Assembly: GCA_965178125.1 (NCBI GenBank)
Contig: OZ237748.1
Span: 1,116,001-1,180,000, forward strand
Source: Bilabrum cf. latius
Taxonomy: Eukaryota
Reading direction: 5' to 3'
DNA: 64,000 bases
The position numbers were made by a program, and so were the translations under genes. Below are positions 60,660 through 64,000 of the stretch, piece after piece (position 1 is the stretch's first letter; the number at the start of each line of letters is the position of its first letter). A model generated the notes under the pieces. That model was not told where the DNA came from. It made no database searches and saw only the letters and a list, made by a program, of their open reading frames with translations.

Positions 60660-63600
60660 TCCTGCAGATATGAGGCTGATGCGACCGTTGTATCCCTTCG
60701 CGCTGTTGCAGGGAAGTGCGAGAGTCGGAGAGCAAGGTTGCAATCACTTCTAGTTATACCTCATTCTAGTGCACTAAAGTGTACGTAACTATACCGGTCG
60801 AGCTCGGCTCACCCAGACCCCGCCAAAGGGGCTGTCAACAAGAGGGTTGTAAACTAGGGTGTCAACAACTATGTAGTCAAATCATGAGCTATTGTTGACA
60901 CCCCCCCCCTTAAGGCGTGATGGCTTTGGGCACCGGAAATGGCGAATACATATTTGGATTATTCATTAAATGTACGTATATTAATGTCTTAGTCTAGCTA
61001 TCAGCTACCTTCTTGCATGAAATACAGAAATACAGAAATACATTGTTGGGTAAAGATTCCATAAACACCCAGATGCACCGTCGCCCCCGAGGGGGTTTGG
61101 GTGATCACCTAGATCCAGAGGAGCCCTAAAAATAAAGGACTACAAGACCCCCGACCCTTTCAGGCCAAAGGCCCCCCGTTCTCAGCCTATGCCGCCGAGT
61201 TCCCATTTTTCGCCATCAGTGTGGTCCCCCACAGGCCCCCAGCCTGTTGCCTTCACAAGGAGAAAGCATACTGCATGTAGAGATAAAATTGTAGCGTTAT
61301 GAGGTGTATGACCAATCTGCATTGCAGAAAGGTGCTAGTCAATTGCGATACGGCGGAGCTCGTCCTTGTCATCGATCAGCCCCTGCTCCGCTTGCAGCTT
61401 CTAGAGCATCAGCATCACCAATCTGGTTCTCATTTCCTCTAGGTACACACCTGATTCCACCGGTAAGTCAGCACAATCGGGAAAAAGGAGTTGGAGTTGC
61501 CTCGTGCCTCTCGCCGGGCCTGCGCCGGGCGGCAGATCATCCAGGGAGAGCTGCTCTAATGGGCAGGGGAACCGCCTACCCGGTGCGTCTATCGGGCCCC
61601 GCTGTGCTGTGCTGTGCCGTCCTGGGGCTGAGCATGTGCAGGACGCGGGGGTGGACCTGCTGTGGAGGCTGGCCGGGGCGGTAGGGTCGGCGGGGGATAG
61701 ATATCTAGGGGCCATTCTAAACCGACCCGGAGCTTCAATTATCAGCTGCCCCGAACACGTCTCCTTGATACTCTAGTGGTCCGGCACCCGAGCGTCCGAC
61801 TGCCCCTGGCCCCGGATGAAATTCACCGCGTGCTGCGGCCGGGCGGGCGCTTCGTGTTCCTCGAGAACGACGCACCCCTTATGCTGTGATGCACTTTCTC
61901 ATCTCTCCAACCCCTTTCCCACTGGGGAGCGTCAGCATTCACGTGGGAAGAGGAATTGTAGCGTTAGACATCGTAATCTGATTAACGGAAGAGGCAGGCC
62001 ACGAAGAGTGGAGGTTGGCATTTCTCCAGTCAATCGCCTCCATTCGGGGTGGAAGAGCTCAGGACTGACAGACTAGACATGGCCTTAGGCCCCTTCCCCC
62101 GTCTGCCTTACGGGGGGGAAGGGGCCGGGAGCAGGGCGCGCCTCGTCCCGAAGCGAGGGAAGCCCAGCGCGGGCGTGACTCGCAGGGTGGTCGCGCAGCT
62201 GGTCGCAAGCTGGTCCTGTGGCAGGCCTGGGGGGAGCCGGATGAATGGCCTTGCCGGCTGCTGACCTACGATATTCCGTGCAAAGATTGTTGCATTCAAC
62301 ATAGTATGCAATCTATAGCCATGGCGTTTGAATGCGTGCGCGCAGGGTTGTCGGGGTCGCTCACTTCCACAGGTTGTCACTGCCACGGCATCGTCGTAGT
62401 ACCCAGTGTTGTACACACGAACGCACCAAAGCTGCGAGCCAGCAAGTTAAGTTGAACACGATGTCTACACGACTTGTTGGTATTGTGATGTAAGTCACAG
62501 CTCTTCTGAGCATCGCCACGTATGCCAGTCGTGTACAGGAAATCGCCACGTCACGGTGGCGTTGCCGAGCGGCGAAGATGAATTCCTGAAACACACTCTC
62601 GCCTTGCAGCGATGCATGCACCTCGAGCAACCGACTGCCACACACAGTGTTGGAACGCCGCAGTCGTGCATCGTGGAGCCAATATCTGTCCCAATGCAAT
62701 GGCGCTGGTGCGGGCGCCGTCTGATCTCCCTGCGAGCAGCGAGGTCCAGAATTCGGATGGTCGGGCCGCTCAGGAAGATGAGTGAAAATCGGGATCTATC
62801 ACTGCGAGATTGTTTCGTCATGGTCTACAGTCCTCGCTACGATGCTTGGCTCTCAGGGCGGTGGCGTATTGCCACCTTTGTAGACACGCGTGTGTCTAGT
62901 GACCGACCTGGCTCTATCTCCAGGTCATGTGCTAGTGGTCGGGCAGCCCTGGTATGGGCTGCCGAGTCACCATGCCTCACGGCTCTGCCAAGACTTGGAT
63001 TGTCTTGGCGAAGCGGTTACAACCGCTAACAGCGCGGAGCAACAGCCCTGTATCGATTCACTGCCAGTCAGTGCTTGCCCAAGGGGGAAGGTGGGCGGGT
63101 AAAATGTGATGAGTTACGAATGAAAAGACTGGCGATGGGATGCGATAGTAGGCACTGCTGCAGTAGCGCGGCTGTGGTAGTAACTGCGGGGATGGTGGGT
63201 GGGTTCAAAACAACAAGCAGCGGGAATCACCTCCTCTGGAGTTGCCCCTGCCTGTCTTCCCAGTGTGTATTGCCACATAATGACAATTATTACTGAGAAT
63301 ATCGGGGCACAGCTGTAGAACACAGGTGCCACCGAAATTCCGAACAAGTGAGAGCCTCACATCTGCGCTCGGACTTGCGACCAATACTACACAATCTCTC
63401 CGATCTAAATCACTTCGTAACGTGCCTCCGTACCTACGGCACACAACTGACGGTTTCGGGCTCGGCCGTCGGGGCAAATTTCCGGTGCGTTGCCAGCGTC
63501 GGAGCTCATCGGAGCGCGGCGCGTAGGTTACTCCAGGTCTCAATCTAGCGATCCGGCGGGGCGGCGGGGCGGGTTGGCGTGGTCGAGCAGAGCGGATCGC

Positions 63601-64000
63601 GAAAACGACGGAAAGTTTTGCAGCATTGCCCGCCCAGCGGATGCCGTTGCCAGTGGGTGCGTTGCAATGTTTGTCGAAATACGCAGAGATTTGCAAGATG
63701 GATTTTCGAGTTAGGTCCTCGTTCGCGAGCGAGGTCCCCGGACGTCCGATTTCGGCTTGCTGCCGACGGAATTCTCGAGGTTTTTCGCCCCGGCATGCGC
63801 TTTCCCAGCGGTGATCGTGAAGCCGACTGGCATACAAAGTTGCGGATGCGTGATATCAAGTGCTTGGTTGGGGTCCGATGCCGGGTCCGGCGCGCGTGCG
63901 CGGCGCTAGGTCCAATTGTCAAAGTAGGGTGGGAGCGAGCCTATATATAATATCCTTAATCGTCTTAATTCTTTTTTTCGTTGTGTGTCTCCGCTGGTGG

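Noticed and set aside
61300-64000. Short ORFs at the right end
   Set aside because: No recognisable domains or consistent frame; not called.

Overview
Eukaryotic (protist-like) nuclear DNA in three layers. (1) GC-rich host sequence (~23.2-64 kb) with intron-containing genes: proteasome beta5, ribosomal eL28, a HEATR3/Syo1-like gene, a WW-domain protein, three ankyrin-like paralogs, a large cadherin-like membrane protein and a bulb-type lectin, plus minisatellites. (2) An AT-rich endogenous virophage/Polinton-like viral element (~4.65-23.2 kb) encoding an rve integrase-chromodomain, a tyrosine recombinase, two GIY-YIG-like nucleases and an AEP/PriCT-2/UL9-like primase-helicase; no capsid genes lie inside the window. 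(3) A family of Ngaro-type tyrosine-recombinase retrotransposons: one complete 6660-bp copy and one 5'-cut copy associated with the viral DNA, a 201-bp mini-element inserted in frame in the viral helicase, and a solo A-B footprint in host DNA. The main result is that host and retrotransposon reading frames are interrupted repeatedly and almost exclusively by in-frame TAG. These TAGs align to CAG/Gln in internal repeats and paralogs, while genes end in TGA or TAA. This indicates a non-standard nuclear code with UAG=Gln and UAA/UGA=stop, so the supplied ORF track fragments most genes. A dispersed 11-12-bp motif (GTGTGACGAGTG) is also strongly over-represented in host DNA, mostly inside coding sequence.
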